NCBI GenBank assembly: GCA_020137815.1 | Contig: CM035361.1 | Location: forward strand, 6,014,001-6,078,000 | Direction: 5' to 3' | Origin: Hormiphora californensis | Lineage: Eukaryota > Animalia > Ctenophora | DNA: 64,000 bases | In this document: in pieces, positions 48,241-63,433 of the stretch | How positions within the stretch are numbered: position 1 is the first letter of the stretch | How the letters are laid out: each line of letters opens with the position of its first letter | Made by a program: the position numbers and the translations under genes | Notes under the pieces: model-generated | The model's database searches: none | Seen by the model: the letters and a program-made list of their open reading frames with translations, nothing else | Told to the model about the DNA's origin: nothing

Positions 48241-49560
48241 TAATATGATCTGAAACAACCATTCAAGTTTTGATAGAACCCACTGCTGGGCGCTGATCAA
48301 GTAAACAACCAATCAGAACTCGTTATTTAGGTCACGTGACTGGTTATCAGCCAATCAGGGACCAGTATTTCCAGATTCGGTCGGTTCCTAGAACCCACTG
48401 CTGGGTGCTGATCAAGTAGCAGAAAAGGATTCTTAACTCGTCAATAATTTGGCTATGGTCCAATAAAATATGTAAATCCATTACTTCCATGATCTACGTC
48501 TTACGATATTATATTCAGCCTTTAGCCTTGATTGACACTTATACCAAGCTGCCAAGGATGTGGAATCATATACAGTCTGTCAGGCCAATGCTCTGACAGT
48601 ATAATACAGTCGGACCCCGATCGGGGTTCCGGTAAATCGGGGCCCGGTAGATCGGGATCCTACGGTATCTCAGTTGGCCCTATTCTACCCCGATCTTTAT
48701 TAAACTTTTAAATTCAACTGATCGTCAAGTGCCTCCTGTCTACCAAACACGCTCTGTGTGTCAGCATGCAAAGTTCTTAATGCAGTGAGTAAAGGAGGGG
48801 GACTTGTAAACAATGCAGACAGGTGGGCGTGTTTCATTCTAAAGACAGACATGCTCTAGGTTCTTAAGACTGAAATATATTGTACACAATATGTGAATTC
48901 CTGAGCTAATTATGGAGCTAATATATTTCGTTTTCTATTCGGATATCGTCCTTACTTTTTGGTACACAATTTTCTTTTCTAAAGATAAAATCTCGAATAA
49001 CCAAGCTGAAAATATTTGTCGTGCAATGTCAAATGACATCACTATAATATGGGAATTTAAAAGCGTGACTTGAACCTAAAATTTTGCCTAAATCTCCCAG
49101 CCAATCACGTGGGTCAAACATGAAAGGACATGAGAAAATATATCTTGAAAATCACGGGAGAGGAGCGAAATAACAAAGGAATGAGAAAATCCTGCAAACT
49201 CAGGAGATTCCTTGGGCTTGGAAAAGTAGATTTTGTTTCAGTTAGTATACTCTCACTTGCAGAAGGCTACTTGGATTTTAGAATTATAGAGGGCACTTTG
49301 CTGTTGACTATCTCAAGTCTCACGTGTGTTCACTGTTCACCGATCATGATTGACCGAATTTGGTGCAACTCACGTGTACCTCATAATTGAGAGAGCTCCA
49401 AATTAAGTTTCAGGGATCCACTCACTCAGAAGAACCGGGTGGGATTTAAAATGTGATTATTAAAATTATGATTATTTAATGGAAAAAAAGATGGAGAGAC
49501 AGCGATGGGAATGGAATAGAATGGAAGAGAGGGAGAATGGAAGAGAGGGAGAGAGAGAAC

Positions 49561-49641
<81 letters not shown>

Positions 49642-50992
49642 TATTTAGTATCCACCATCAATTCGCCGCTGCTACTTGACATGAGGGGCATGGGGAAAAT
49701 TAAAGGGAGAACTTTCACGAATGTTTTTTCTGCCCGGGAGAAAAAAAGTGCCCTTTTGGGAGGAAAGGAAGAGAGAGAGAGAAAGGGGAAAGAGAGAAGA
49801 GGGGCGGAACCCCCCTTTCCCAAAGCAACTCATATATTTTCCCCCTTGAACCCTAGAAAAAAACCCCAAACCCCTTTCCTTCCCACCACTCTACTCCATA
49901 GCGCTCCTCTCTCTCTCTTCTTCTTTTCTCTCTTCTTTAAAACGAAGAAGACCGACACAAACCCCCTCTAAATATTTATGGTTGAGCTTTTATCCCATTT
50001 TTTTGACCCAAATTCTTTGGGGGGGCCCTCTCTGTCCCCTTTCAATGTTTTGGGGCCCCCCCTACTAATGGGCCCACCATTAGTTTTACTATTTGGGGGG
50101 AATTTTAAAAAGAAGACATTTGTTTGGGCGCGGGGAAAAGAGAGAGGGGAGAAGAAAAGAGCGAAGAGGAGAAGAAAAGAGAGAGGGGAAACATAAGTAG
50201 AGGGAATTATCGTGCCCTCGACCCCCAGCAGGGGTTTTAGAGGGGTAAAATGATTGGGTTCATAAAAAACTGATCACAGCTCCCCAAAAGACAAGAAAGT
50301 CTGGGTATTGGGGAAAAATGGGAAAGGCCCACCCAACCGTGCCTAGGGGCTTCCCCAATTTTTCCGGGCTCACACCAGACCCAAACCCCAAATTTCTGGT
50401 GTCCCCCTTTTGTGGTTTCTCATTAAACCTAGATAGATTAACTCTTTCTCTCTCATATTCGGAAAAAACCCGACGGGAAACCCAATTTTTTGGGAAATTG
50501 ATTTTCCATAAATTTTACAAAAATTGCAGTTTTTTGTTCTCTCTCCCCCGCGATCTCTCGCGATTTTATCAAACCGTTTTTCCCCGTTTCGCAAAAAATT
50601 TAATGGCATTAAATTCTAAAAACCCCCCGAGGGAAATTTCCCAAAATTTGAGTCCCCTCTCGTGAGATATTATAAATTTCGGGGGGAGTTTTTCCAAATA
50701 ACAACAACCACCCTCAAACACGGGGGAGGTTTTGGTTTATGTTTAAAATTATGAACCCTATACCCTTTGGGGTTCCCCATCTAAAATTCAGATTAAGGAA
50801 TGATAAAGTCACAAAAAACATATTTTGGCAACAACACAAAAAATGCCTAGTGTGGGAAAAAAGGGGCACCCCGGGGGGCCCGTATCGGAGAAATGGGGGC
50901 AAATTTGGAACAAGTAATTACCCCCTCCTTTGAACTGTCTATGAGTTTTTAAGGAGGTGTTTCTCTCTCCCCCCCTCTCTTTATCTCTCTCT

Positions 50993-51030
<38 letters not shown>

Positions 51031-52913
51031 CTCCTCTCCCCTCCCGGGCTTTTCTCTCTCCTCCTCTCTCTCTCTCATTCGCCAGGGGAAATTAAAAAAC
51101 CCAAAGCTGTTAAATGGATTTCCTAGCTTGGGAGGGTTTCTTTAGTAAAAAAAACGATAACAGGCAAAAAACTCCCGTAAAATTGAAGAACGATAAGAAA
51201 AGGGGAAGAGGGGAAGAGAGATAAAAGAGAGGGGGAAGAGAAGAGGAGAGAGAGGGGAGCGAGAGAGAGAAGGGGAGAGGAGAAAAGCGGAAATGAGAGA
51301 GGGGAGAGGAGGAGAAAAGGGAGGGAAGAGAGGGAGAAGAGAAAGAGAGAAAAGAAGAGAGAGAGGAAGAGAGAGAGAGAAAAGAGAGAGAGAGAGAGAA
51401 GGAGAGGCTAGAAAATAGTCAAATCGTAAGAACTAAAACTGGTAAAATATTGAAAACGTCAAAACCGTCCGGGAACTAAAAAGTGCACTGACCCCCTACT
51501 TTCCAGGCATAAATCATGCTTGCCCTCCGTTCGTTCTTTTAATAACAAAAGAGTGAAAACTATTATTTTGGTAATCCCAGTGCATTATATTATTCATGTA
51601 CCTGTCGGATCATACCGCTTTCATCCTCCCTCTTCAGCTGAATGGGGGGGGGGGGGGGGGCCCTGGGGGGGGGGGGGGGGGGGTGCACTGGTGTCTCATA
51701 AGAAAATTATAAAATATTATTCGGAGCTGAATAGGCTCAGTTACAAGATGATCGGAAAAGGAATATAGCGTGTGTTACACACACGGATTCCGTCCTGATC
51801 TCCATCTTACCTTTTAACACCCATTCCCTGGCCCTATAATTTCACCACCGATTGATAAACGACAAACGACAAACAAATTTAACTAGCCTAATTGGAAAAA
51901 GAAACTGCCACACAGTCGACAAACTGACAACATGATATCATCACTCTGACAAAGTGACATTTTACAATTTCACAGTCGACTGACAAACTGACAACTCCAA
52001 ATAAAAACTGCTTTCTTTTGCACTGCAAACGACTTTTTTTGTCACACGAAAAAAACTGACTTTTGTCACCCAAAGACAAACTAAGTTCTGCAAAATGACA
52101 AACCCCCTGACAAAAAGAAACCCCACTGTACGTTGATCCATCTCATTCGCCCATCCCCGGGGAGGTGCAGTAGAAAAGAAAAGGAGTATTGACCGTCGTG
52201 AAACACGGTTTTTTTCCCGACCTCATCAAAAATCTGAAAAGGAGGGGGATTGTCAGGGTGGGGGAGAGAGAAGAGAAGAATTGGAAGGGGGGTTGGAACC
52301 TTAACACACCTAGAAAAAATCACCTAGGGGTGCTAAAAAATGTCGAAAGAAGTTGGATTAGACTGAAGAACATTCGAAAGATTATTTGGGAGTTTGAGGT
52401 TTCATTCCGATTTATGGGATCGTAAACCTAATTTGGATAAAAAAAAACTGACTTTGTCATTTGGACAAATTTTGCGAAAAACAGGATTATTGGATTAATT
52501 CAAAATCTCCAATGGAATGGAAAGCAGCTTTTTCAAATTTTTTTACCTTTTTTCAAATTTAATTACCCCTTGTTTGTTATTCGGGTTTCAAAAATTGGGA
52601 GAGGGAAATGGGGCCAATTTTTGGTTTTACAGGAAAAACATTTCTTTTTAATTTTGACAATGGTTTTCCAAAACGCCCAAGGGGGATGAAAGCGATAAAA
52701 TCACAAAAAAAGAAAATAGGGCAAAGGGAAAAAAAAAAAGAAAAAGGAAAAGAAAAAGAGGAAAAGAGAGGGGGGGAAGGGAAAAAAAAAGGGGGGGGTT
52801 TTTTTTGTTTTTTTTGGGGGCCCCTTTTTTTTCTTTTCGTTTTTTTAAAAACTTAGCCGTTTCCCTATACGGTGAAATCAAAAATTATAAACTCCCCCCT
52901 TTTAAATCTAACC

Positions 52914-53118
52914 CCATTTCAAATGTTCTCATTCACATAATGAACTCACCATTTTCAATGTTCTCATTCACATAATGAACTCACCATTTTCAATGTTCTC
53001 ATTCACATAATCTGAACTCACCATTTTCAATGTTCTCATTCACATAATGAACTCACCATTTTCAATGTTCTCATTCACATAATGAACTCACCATTTTCAA
53101 TGTTCTCATTCACATAAT
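52914..53118. repeat. 35-bp minisatellite, about 6 copies
   Basis: Unit CCATTTTCAATGTTCTCATTCACATAATGAACTCA. Confidence 0.95.
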
Positions 53119-56049
53119 TATGAAAACTCCTAAAAAGTTGGTTGCTATCATTTGTATTTTTACCCCTCCCACCTCTCCTGCCCCTCCCTTCTCTTCCAGC
53201 GGTGACAACGTGAGAAAGGGTCCACAGGGAAAGGGCCACAGATATCCAACTCGTCATGTGATCATGTTACTCCTTCATAAACTAAAACATTGCTCCTTCA
53301 TAAAATGATAAGGTAAAACTAGGTCTTATAAGATTTACGTTCGGTTAAAATAATTTATTTGCAATTGATGCTTATTAGCAGTTCAACAAAGGCCCAGAAA
53401 GGTCCCTATTGGCACTTAGCAAAAAGAAAGCCTAAAAAGTGACACCGAACGGGCAATTGAATCAAGATTCAACTATTCTGATGCGATTATAACAACTCAT
53501 AGAAAAAAGGGGTGCCACTATAAATAGTAAGACGTATATTATATTATATCATATATAAGCATATTAACAAACTAAACCCCTACAATTCCAACTTCGGGTC
53601 GGGCGAGGGGAAGCTTGCCTTTTGCGAACATATTATATTATATAAGCATACGATAAGAAGCTAGATGTCGATATAAAGTGCATTAATAATCCGAGGTTGA
53701 GAGTCATGGGGTGATCCCTACAATCCTGCCCATGAAGAATTTCAAAGCTTGGAAAGACCTTTCCTCCGGTATATAGATTGAGAGATATAATGGAATTAAA
53801 CTACCCCTTGATTCTCACTACCTACCACACATCCATCCCCCCCGGTAAATTAAACAGAATGCGTTCTATATAATGATCCTTACGGCATATTTTGACATCA
53901 GATATAAAATATATTCAGTGCTCACTGCTCAGTCGCTCAAGCAGAGGAATCAATGATCAAATCATTAAAAGCTAAAATATTGTTCTTTCTAGAAGCTCTG
54001 AAGTGGACCTATAGTAAAAGAGCAGTATAACGAGTTGTAAAAAGCAATGCTGGGGGCATCACATTGATAGTTACCATGGTAACACAACGATACAGCTGTA
54101 TTACCATGGTAACGATTACTATGTGTTACTATATAATAGAACGATTAACAAATGACCAATGTGGCTGCAATATAAGTTCCCTCACTGAAAAGAGGACACA
54201 TGATCAGCTGTTATACAGATCTATCGACTCTGTTATACCCCACCCAAAGCAATTCATTTCCCCAACAATCGGTGTTCTCTGCAAAAGAATATATATAAAA
54301 GAGCTCGCCCCGCCGTGATCATATTCGCTAAGTAGATGATGACATAACATCTTGAGGTTAAAATAACCGGCGATCTCATGTCAGAGCTATGGGTTTTTTT
54401 TCTCACACTCTCACATCAGGAACCGACCGAAACAAGTAAACAACCAATCAGAACTCGTTATTTAGGTCACGTGACTGGTTATCAGCCAATCAGGGACCAG
54501 TATTTCGGTTCCTGATCGTAATATTGTGCTGGTTGTTAAAACTGCTGCACAGTCAGCTATAAAAAGTGATGCCCCGCAATATATTACGTTGTTGATCTAT
54601 GTTTCAGATCCAGAAAATATTATTCTGCGTAGTAGCTGGGGGCGGATCAGGGGATCAGGCCGGGGGAGTTGAGAAGAAGGAGGGCGAGGAGTTGGAATTA
54701 GTATGGTCATTAAGACCCTTATATAATGATCCGCAAAATCCCACGGGATCCAAGAATCCTTGTTGACCCGTTCCATTCCAGTGCGACGATTAGAGATATT
54801 CAATAATAGTAGTATGCGTTATAGTAATAGATCACTTGACTATCACGTATCCCGTCGGCAGTTTGTCCCTCATGAAATTGCTCAAGCGGAACAAATGTCG
54901 GTATAGAATGAACTCATTCTTTAAGTTCTGTCTGATTATCTTTAGTAGCTGCTAAGCGGCATTAATTAAGACAAAGATTGAGTCTGAGTAGTCTAATGAT
55001 AGGAGTCTAGTTTTGGTTGAGTTAGGATTATATAATCCTAGATATCCTCTAGACTCTGTGTAAGTATACTTACTAAGAGAGTCTATAGAACAAAGATATA
55101 TACTCTTCTCGTCCTAGTCTGTCCCTAGATCATAGTGCCACATTAGTCCACTCGTCGTCTGGGTAGTATCACCCACACAGCTCTATAGCGTCTGAGTAGT
55201 ACATAGTACCTGTCTTCTTCTTCTTCTTCTATGAGTGTCGACTGTCGGGTGTGCAGTAACCCTAAACAACTATCACAGCTTTCGTCATTGCGATAGTAGT
55301 ACACACTTGAGCAGTATAGTAGTACTTGAGCAGAGCTGCACCAGAGAATCAGACCGTTTATACTGATCGCTGAGAGCTGATCTGTAGACCTATATTTTGC
55401 AGAACTACGCAATAGTATCTAACTGTGTGGGGGCGGGTAGGAAGATGCTATACAATATGTCAAAATAAGACGAGACTGGGATCATCTGGAACATATAATG
55501 TCTGAGTATGTGTGTTTTAGTAGGTAGGTGCGAAATTCAGAGGTAGGAATCCAGCGCCAGACCTGGTACTTGAAACGCTCAGACCGAATCAGGTAATACT
55601 GGTCACTGATTGGCTGATGACTAGTCATGTGACCTAAATAACGAGTTCTGATTGGTTGATTACTTGTTTCGGTCGGTTCCTGGGCTCAGAACTGGATTCG
55701 GGGAACTCATAACACCGGAAAACATCCAAATTGAATTTAGGATGACGGGGGATTTAGACCACATCAATTTTGGCGCACAAGATAAAAATATGATGAGATG
55801 AGCGGGAACCGACCGACATGACACAAGTAAACAACCAATCAGAACTCGTTATTTAGGTCACGTGACTGGTTATCAGCCAATCAGGGACCAGTATTTCCTG
55901 CTTAGTTCGGTTCTGTGAGATGAGCAGGATTGTAGTCAAATGGTAGGGTGAGACAAAAGATAAACGAAACAGAAGAAATGAAGTTGAAGTAAAGTATTTA
56001 AATTTCCTAATTTGGGTGTGCACCTCTTGACAAGCACTGAAGTAAACTG

Positions 56050-56137
<88 letters not shown>

Positions 56138-56175
56138 GTTCTCTCTCTCGTTCTCTCTCTCTCTCGTTCTCTCTC

Positions 56176-56249
<74 letters not shown>

Positions 56250-59089
56250 CCTTCTCTCTCTCCCTTCTGACGAGTCGTTCTTTTCTCTATTTTTCTGTCA
56301 GCCCACTTATCTAACAAGCAACGTATTAGACAACTGATAGCTCAGCTGATAGCTCAGCTGGTATAGTAGCTCCCCCTCCATATTATATGACAACCGATAG
56401 CTCAGCTGGTATAGTAGCTCCCCCTCTATATTATATGACAGCTGATGTTCTAAACGATTAGGGAAGATAAAGATGCAAAAGGGGCTCCCCAAGTAGAGGG
56501 AGAGAGAGAATCAAGAATGCTATCATAAACGATACAGAATCTGAGAATCAGTTGCGGATGCCGATGAGTCTACAGAGTCCTCGAACTAGCTCAAGTGACT
56601 GATCTGTAACTGTACAAACTAACTTATCCAGTAACTGACAAATATTGTCTATAAAGTATAAGTCCGCATTACATAGGCCGTCGAACTTTTACTCTCTTTT
56701 TCTTGATCCTCTTCGATGATTTTTTTCAGACCCTCGATCCAGCTTGGATTTCCTTTCGTCATCAGAAAGTTTCCGCCACAGTTAGGTACCATGATCTCAG
56801 CAGGACCGAATCAGGAATACTGGTCCCTGATTGGCTGATAACTAGTCACGTGACCTAAATAACGAGTTCTGATTGGTTGTTTACTTGTTTCGGTCGGTAC
56901 CATGATCTCAGGAACTGCCTTGGATACTTTACCAGAGTGATATTATTCAGTATCATAATTTGAATGTTGATATCTCTCTCTCCATCTTCTTCAGGAATTC
57001 CTACTGCCAGCGCGGTACTCAGGAGCTGTAAGAATGCGGTAACCTAGCAACAAAGATCGGGAATTTAAGACAGGAGTTTACAAGGTATCGTTAGTGTTTC
57101 TGACCAAGAATTCAAAGCGAAGTGCAAAAAGAGAGGAACTGGGATAAATCCCCCTCCCCCTCCCATTCACCAACAATACAGTGATTTAGGACGAATGATC
57201 CATGAATGGAGATCAGGGAGTCAAGTATCAATTAGAAGGGAAAACACAATCACTGCGAGGGATAGAGATATCAGTACCCATTGTTCAAGGTCCACATTCT
57301 TGCAGGAAAAAAGGGGGCTGCAATAAATTTTACACGTAAAATAGAGCTTCTCTGCGGTTACGAATGACCATATGAATGGGCCAAGATGATACTATATTAT
57401 ATTCTATCGAACTCTTTAACAAATATATCTGATAAAAAAGTGTAAGAAGGGGCTGCCTGGCACACATGCAAACATAAACACAGTACAGTGCTGCACGTAT
57501 ATCATGTTATATTACATATCAACATGTTATTATATCAATGCGGTATTAATTTGATCATTATCGCGTCCGGAAGAATGATGATATAGGCAACGATGCATGA
57601 AGTTGAGCGGATATCATACGATTATTAGGGGCGATAGAATTCCGAGCTCCGGATATAATGTTTTAATATATTATTTTATATCAAGAATTACAAAACTTTA
57701 TATGTAAATTGAGTTAGTGGGTGCGAGAATGACAAATTGTTAAAAATTGTTACAAACATAGCAATGACGATCACTTTCAGCTAAGTTACAGTTCATGCAA
57801 ACTACCGAAGAGACATTCTGGCGGTGTTCCGAGGCAGATATATCTTAGCTCAGAATCACTGGACCGAAGAGAGATCAGTTTAAGATTTACGAAGGAATTT
57901 CCAGCATAACAGCACAGTTCATAATAGGTAAATGAGTTGTTGAGGGGGACCAACAAGATAGATAAGCTGCCCCAGTTTTGAAGACATAGGAAAAGTTTCA
58001 GTATGGCGTCGTAAAGCTCTTGCCTAGGTGCAGCTAATGACTCAAGATGTTGCAATTGCCTAAGGACTCGAGATGCATCTAAGGAGTAAGGACTCAGGAT
58101 GCTGCCTATGGAGTAAGGACTCAAGATATTGACGGGCATTACATATATGCTAGCTGATAAATTGATTCAATGAATTTTCAATAAAAGGATATATTGGGAT
58201 AATTATTTTTTTGTGGCCTTTGATCTTTCTACTATGGGGATAAAGCACAGGTATTTATCCCTACAAATCCCACCAAGAACCTGTAGGCAAACGGCATAGC
58301 AAAGCGAAACACGTCATATATAATAGCTATGATATATGCTTAACGGAACTATTGTTGATCTACCGAAATGACGGTGTGAGCCCCCCTCCTTCCTCTCCTC
58401 TACTGTCGGGAGCTAATCAGCGACAGGCACAGGATGATGGCGGGCCGGGGGAATCTCTCCAGCTCTGGAGTATTTGACGTAGAAAACTACTGCGGGGGTA
58501 TTATAAACTATAATTGGAAAAGAGTTAGGCTGCATAAATCAATTATTAAAGTTCCCGCGGGTTTATCTTCGTTGGAAGAAAACACAAGTTTATTAAATCC
58601 GAGCACCATTTACAGATCACATAACAAGTATTATATTGAGATTTGAGAACTCACAACTTTAGGCCAGAGAGAGAGCTATGAGAGAGGGCTAGAAATCAGA
58701 GAGAGATATGAGCGTGGAGCACTAACTGGGCAGGCTTTTCACTTTATGACCTCCACTCACAGCTCAGGAAAGATGTGGAATTCGATAAACTCTGTGTGAT
58801 GAGAGAGAGTTTGTAGTATGAAAATACCCTTACATATACTGCATTCGATAAACTCTGTGTCTTGTGAGAGAGAGTTTGTAGTATGAAAATACCCTTACAT
58901 ATATACAGCTGTGTTGCATACTCGGCAGCGGTGGGAGAAGGGGTGCAATAAAGGGAAGAGATGAAGTGATAGAGTAGGAGAGAGACAGAGAGAGAGGGTG
59001 CGAGAGAGGGAGTGAGATTGATAGCAAAAAGTTGGAGCGAGAAAGTCCCAAAAAGAGTAACAGGTCTACAGCAATGAATGATATCTCTT

Positions 59090-59842
59090 GGGGGGTACGT
59101 CACCTTTTTTTTGCCCACATTTGCCCACATTTGCCCACATGGGCAAACTGAAATCTCAAAAAACAGGTATAATGTGGGCAAAGTGGGCAAAAAGTGGGCA
59201 AAAATATTATAAGCATCAAAACTTTACCAGAAAACCCTCTGTGACAAATGTTTTTCACCTCTAATGTCTTCCAAGAGGTCCCCTCTATCGATTCCAACCG
59301 ATAATTGATGTACTTACTTATAACTTAGGGTTGATAAGGCTCCATGTCCGACTGGACAAAAGTGGGCAAAAAATTTTGGCAAAATTAGGCAAAGGCCAGT
59401 GATTTTTCGTCATTTTGGGGCTATTTAGGGAACTGATACATAACAAAGGTTTTCCACTTGCATTGTACTCCAATGGGGTCCCAGAAAAACCAGAAAAATT
59501 TTCCACTCCAATCATGTGAGAAACGTGCCTAAAATGACCAATTTTCCTAATTTTGCCAACATATTTTGCCCATTTTTCACAGTTGGATATGGAGCCTTAT
59601 CAACCCTGAGCAAATAAATTATCGGTTGGAATCGATAGGGGGACCTCTAGGAGGACATTGGTGGTGAAAAACCTTTGTCACAGACGATTACCTGGTTGAT
59701 AGCATATATTTTTTATGGATTTAAATTTTTTGCCTACTTTTGCCTACTTTTGCCTACTTTTGCCCACTTTTGCCCATGTGGGCAAATTCAAAATTTAAGA
59801 ATAATGTGGGCAGTGGGCAAAAAAAAAGGTGACGTACCCCCC
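59090..59842. mobile_element. Non-autonomous DNA transposon, 8-bp TSD, GG-terminal long imperfect TIRs (Mutator- or Merlin-like)
   Basis: GGGGGGTACGTCACCTTTTTTTT ... AAAAAAAAGGTGACGTACCCCCC; TATCTCTT at 59082-59089 and 59843-59850; TTTGCCCAC subterminal repeats. Confidence 0.88.
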
Positions 59843-62800
59843 TATCTCTTAGTCGCTTCTTCTCTAATCTCTATCTCTTTTATTTAGAGATACTTTCTTG
59901 GCTAAAGAAATAAAAAGAATTCAATTTTTCCAAACTGTCATTGAAGTAATTCTCTTTTCTTCCCCCTCTAATTCTCTCTCCCTTTATCTCTCTCTTTATC
60001 TCTCTCTTTATCTCTAATTCTCTCTCTTGTGATCTGCAACTATCTGGCACCCCAGATCTGCGACAACAATTCGCAGATCAATGACACAAGTGCCCCCTGC
60101 GTTCCCACGATTGATCATTTTGCAATCATCGCAAATTCATTATCGAACAGAGGCCGGAAATATAACGAGGGAATTTGAGCATGAGCTGCAGCTGTGAAAC
60201 AATAAAGCGATCCTTATTCTCTAGCAGTTGAAAATTACAGTGTTCCACAGGGGATCAGAATGAAGACGAAATTAAAGAACAACAAGATATATCTTAGAGG
60301 AATTTGCGGGACATTATACTAGTATTACAAAATATGATGGTATAAGAATGAAATTAGCTATAAATCAAGACGGATTCTATCGCCGTTCTTCAACTTCAAA
60401 GGGAAAACAAAACCCGCCAGAAAGAAAGAGGAAGAAACTTCCATAGAGAGAGGGAGAGAGAGAGAAGGACAGAAAGAGAAAGAGAGAGGAAGAGAGGAAA
60501 ATATGAATTATAGTAAAAATAAGGAAGGGATGAATAAATATTAAAAAATGTGTGGGACTATATTTAAATAACGGGCCCCCCCCCCCCGAAAAGGCCCCCC
60601 CCCCCGGAAAAAATAGTGAAAACCCCGAAAATTAACACATAAACCGAAATTTTTTGGGGTAACAGGGGGCAAAGAAAAAAAAAAGGCAAAAGGGAAAAGA
60701 CCGGGGCCAAGTAAACAACCCCCTCCCGAAAACCCTTATTTTGGTCACGTAACCCGGTTTTTTAAGCCCCCAAACCCGGGACCGTTTTTTTCCTGATTTG
60801 GTCGGGTTAAAAAAATGGACCCCCAATGTTCAAAAAAAAGGCGGACTAAAGGTGATTACCCGTGCCCCTTTTTTTAGCTTTCCCCAAAGAAATGTGGCAA
60901 GGAAACCCCCGGGGTTTTTGGGGTTATCAAAAGGGGGAACAGGGGGGTGGGGGACTTTTTTATGAATTTGGGGGCTGAACTCCGGGAAAGGGGTAATTTT
61001 TCCATACCCCGGGAAATTTAAACGAATTATATTTTTTAATCCTTCCCCCTTATCAGCATAAAAATTTTGTTGGAGACCCCACATTATTACCCCCAACGTC
61101 TCAAACAAATTGTCCGGGATTTTCAAAATTGGAAAGGAAATTCGATTAGGAAAAAATTTTATTTGGGGAAATTTGACTTTAATTAAATAAGTTGTTTAAT
61201 TTGGGGGGGAAAGGGGTTAAGGGACGTAAAATTTAAGGGTCAGAACTGATTTTTAATTTAAAAAAAACCCGTCAAAAATCTTGAAAAGGGGGAAAAAAAC
61301 TTAACTTCCCCAAAAAGCCTATTTAAAAGCTATAATAAAATGCAAAACCCTTTTTTAAGAAACCCAAAAAAAACCCTTTGATAAATACCTTGAAACCGCC
61401 CCTCATTCTCTCTCCCCCCCTCCCCCTCTCTCTTTCTTTCCTTTCTTCTCTCTCCTCCTCTCTCTCTTTCTCTCTCTTTTTTACTCTATATCTCTTTTTC
61501 ACTCTTCCCCTCTCGGCCCCTTCTCTTTCCTCCGGGGTCATCCCTCTCTTTCTTTCAATTTCCTTCTTCTCCTCTTCCCCCCCCCCCTCTCTTTCTATTT
61601 CCTCCCCTCCCTCCTTTCTCCCCTTTTTTTCTTTCCTTTCCCTTTTTTCAACTCTCTTCTCCTTTTAAATCTTCCAACAAATTTTTTTCCCCTACTTTCC
61701 TCTCCCATCTTTTTCCCCTTCGGCTTTTTTTCCCCCCCCTTTCAACCCTCCTTTCATCCTTTTTCCCCTTTTCAAACCTTTAAAGCAAACCGATCTCAGA
61801 GGGGCCCCGGTCGGGATTTTATTGTAAACAAAAAAGACCATCCGCAAAGGCCCCTGGCGAAATTTATTGGGCGGTTCATTTGGGGGGGGTTTTAAAGGGA
61901 TGAGGGGGAGAAAAGAAAAAAAGAGAGAAAAGAGAGGGGAGAGAGAGAGAGAAAAGAGAGGGGGAGACAGAGAGAGAGGGGGAAAAGGAGAGGGGAGAGA
62001 GGGAGGAGGGGAGGGAAAGAGAGGGGAGGGGAGGGGGAGGGGGAGAGAAGGGGAAAAGGGAAAAACGAGGAAAAAGAGGGGGGAGAGGTGGGGGAAGAGA
62101 GAAGAGAGGAAATATAGAGGGGAAAGAGAAGGAGAGAGAGGGAGAGAGGAAAAGGGGGGGGAGAGTAGAGAGAAAAAGGGGAAAAAAGGGGGAGACTGAG
62201 GATAGGGGGAAAGAGAAAAGAAGGGGAAAAAGAAAGAGATAGAGAAAGAAATAGAGAATGGGGGTTATTGTCCTTTTCTTTTTAACCGTCCCGTCGGCAC
62301 CGTTTTGAATTCGTCTTTGGCACCTTTTAGATTTCCCTCTCTACGGCGACCGTTTATGTAGTGCACTGAGTGCAGTTGTATCAATTTAGTGTTGTTTTAA
62401 AGACGCTATGCTTGCTAACGATTATTATATCACGTGACATACGGTGAGGTCACATGGTAATTGGCTAACTAATCCACAGAGGAACTCGTATCACATATTA
62501 CATCATCCGCGGAGAGATATGATACACATCAAACATTCAAGATAATATCTCGAATGAATCGGATATCTGTGTGCATCAAAACAGCTTTGCCGAAAGTAGA
62601 TATTATGTACACGTTACATTGTGAGTGACATTGGAGAGTTACAAATCTTTTCAATAATGTCACTCGCAATTCACATGCATCGGTCAAGAGATGAATTGAA
62701 TATTGACACATTGTTGAAATATTTTCCTACGCAGAGTATGATCGGCAACGCCTCTCTTAAGAAATAATTTTCATCTCTCTCTCTGATATATTTTTGTAAC

Positions 62801-62937
62801 TGTATTTACCTGTCTATAGCACGTGTGCACGTGTGCACGTGTGTGACATACAGTTTTTTGACAAAGCGTGGGAGTGAGTATTATATGTGGGAGGGGGACT
62901 CTCCTTTGTTGAGTAAGGGGTTACTCAACTCAAGCTC

Positions 62938-63182
62938 TCATGGGGGAGGGGGACTGATCCAGAGAGGGGTAGTATTTGATTCTTCTGTGGGAGGAGGGCC
63001 AAGAAGTAGAGGGTGTCTGTAGAGTGAGTTAGAAGATCGCTGAGGAAAAGTACAGGGCTTGTACAAATAGTAGTTTCCATTTTGAAAAGACAAATGTGAA
63101 AATTTACAGTACCCACTTTCCCAATATATTAGGTGATCAGGGGAAGTGGATAAAGTGGATAAAGCTGTACGATAGCGGTGAT
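62938..63182 (-). CDS. Possible next exon of the EGF gene (DHRYRTALS...WESGYCKFSHL...)
   Basis: TTTAG acceptor is phase-compatible with the EGF exon and the frame is open for about 80 codons; no domain recognised. Confidence 0.4.
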
Positions 63183-63213
63183 CTAAATATGGTAATCTGT
63201 TGTAATTTTCGAG

Positions 63214-63433
63214 AGGGGGGGGGGGGGGCATTGCGGGGGCCAACTGAAGCAGAGGGGGGGGGGGGCATTGCAGGGGCCAACTGAAGCAGAGGGGGGGGGC
63301 ATTGCAGGGGCCAACTGAAGCAGAGGGGGGGGGGGGCATTGCAGGGGCCAACTGAAGCAGAGGGGGGGGGGGCATTGCAGGGGCCAACTGAAGCAGAGGG
63401 GGGGGGGCATTGCAGGGGCCAACTGAAGCAGAG
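63214..63433. repeat. ~34-37-bp minisatellite, 6 copies
   Basis: Unit (G)nCATTGCAGGGGCCAACTGAAGCAGA with a variable G run. Confidence 0.93.
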
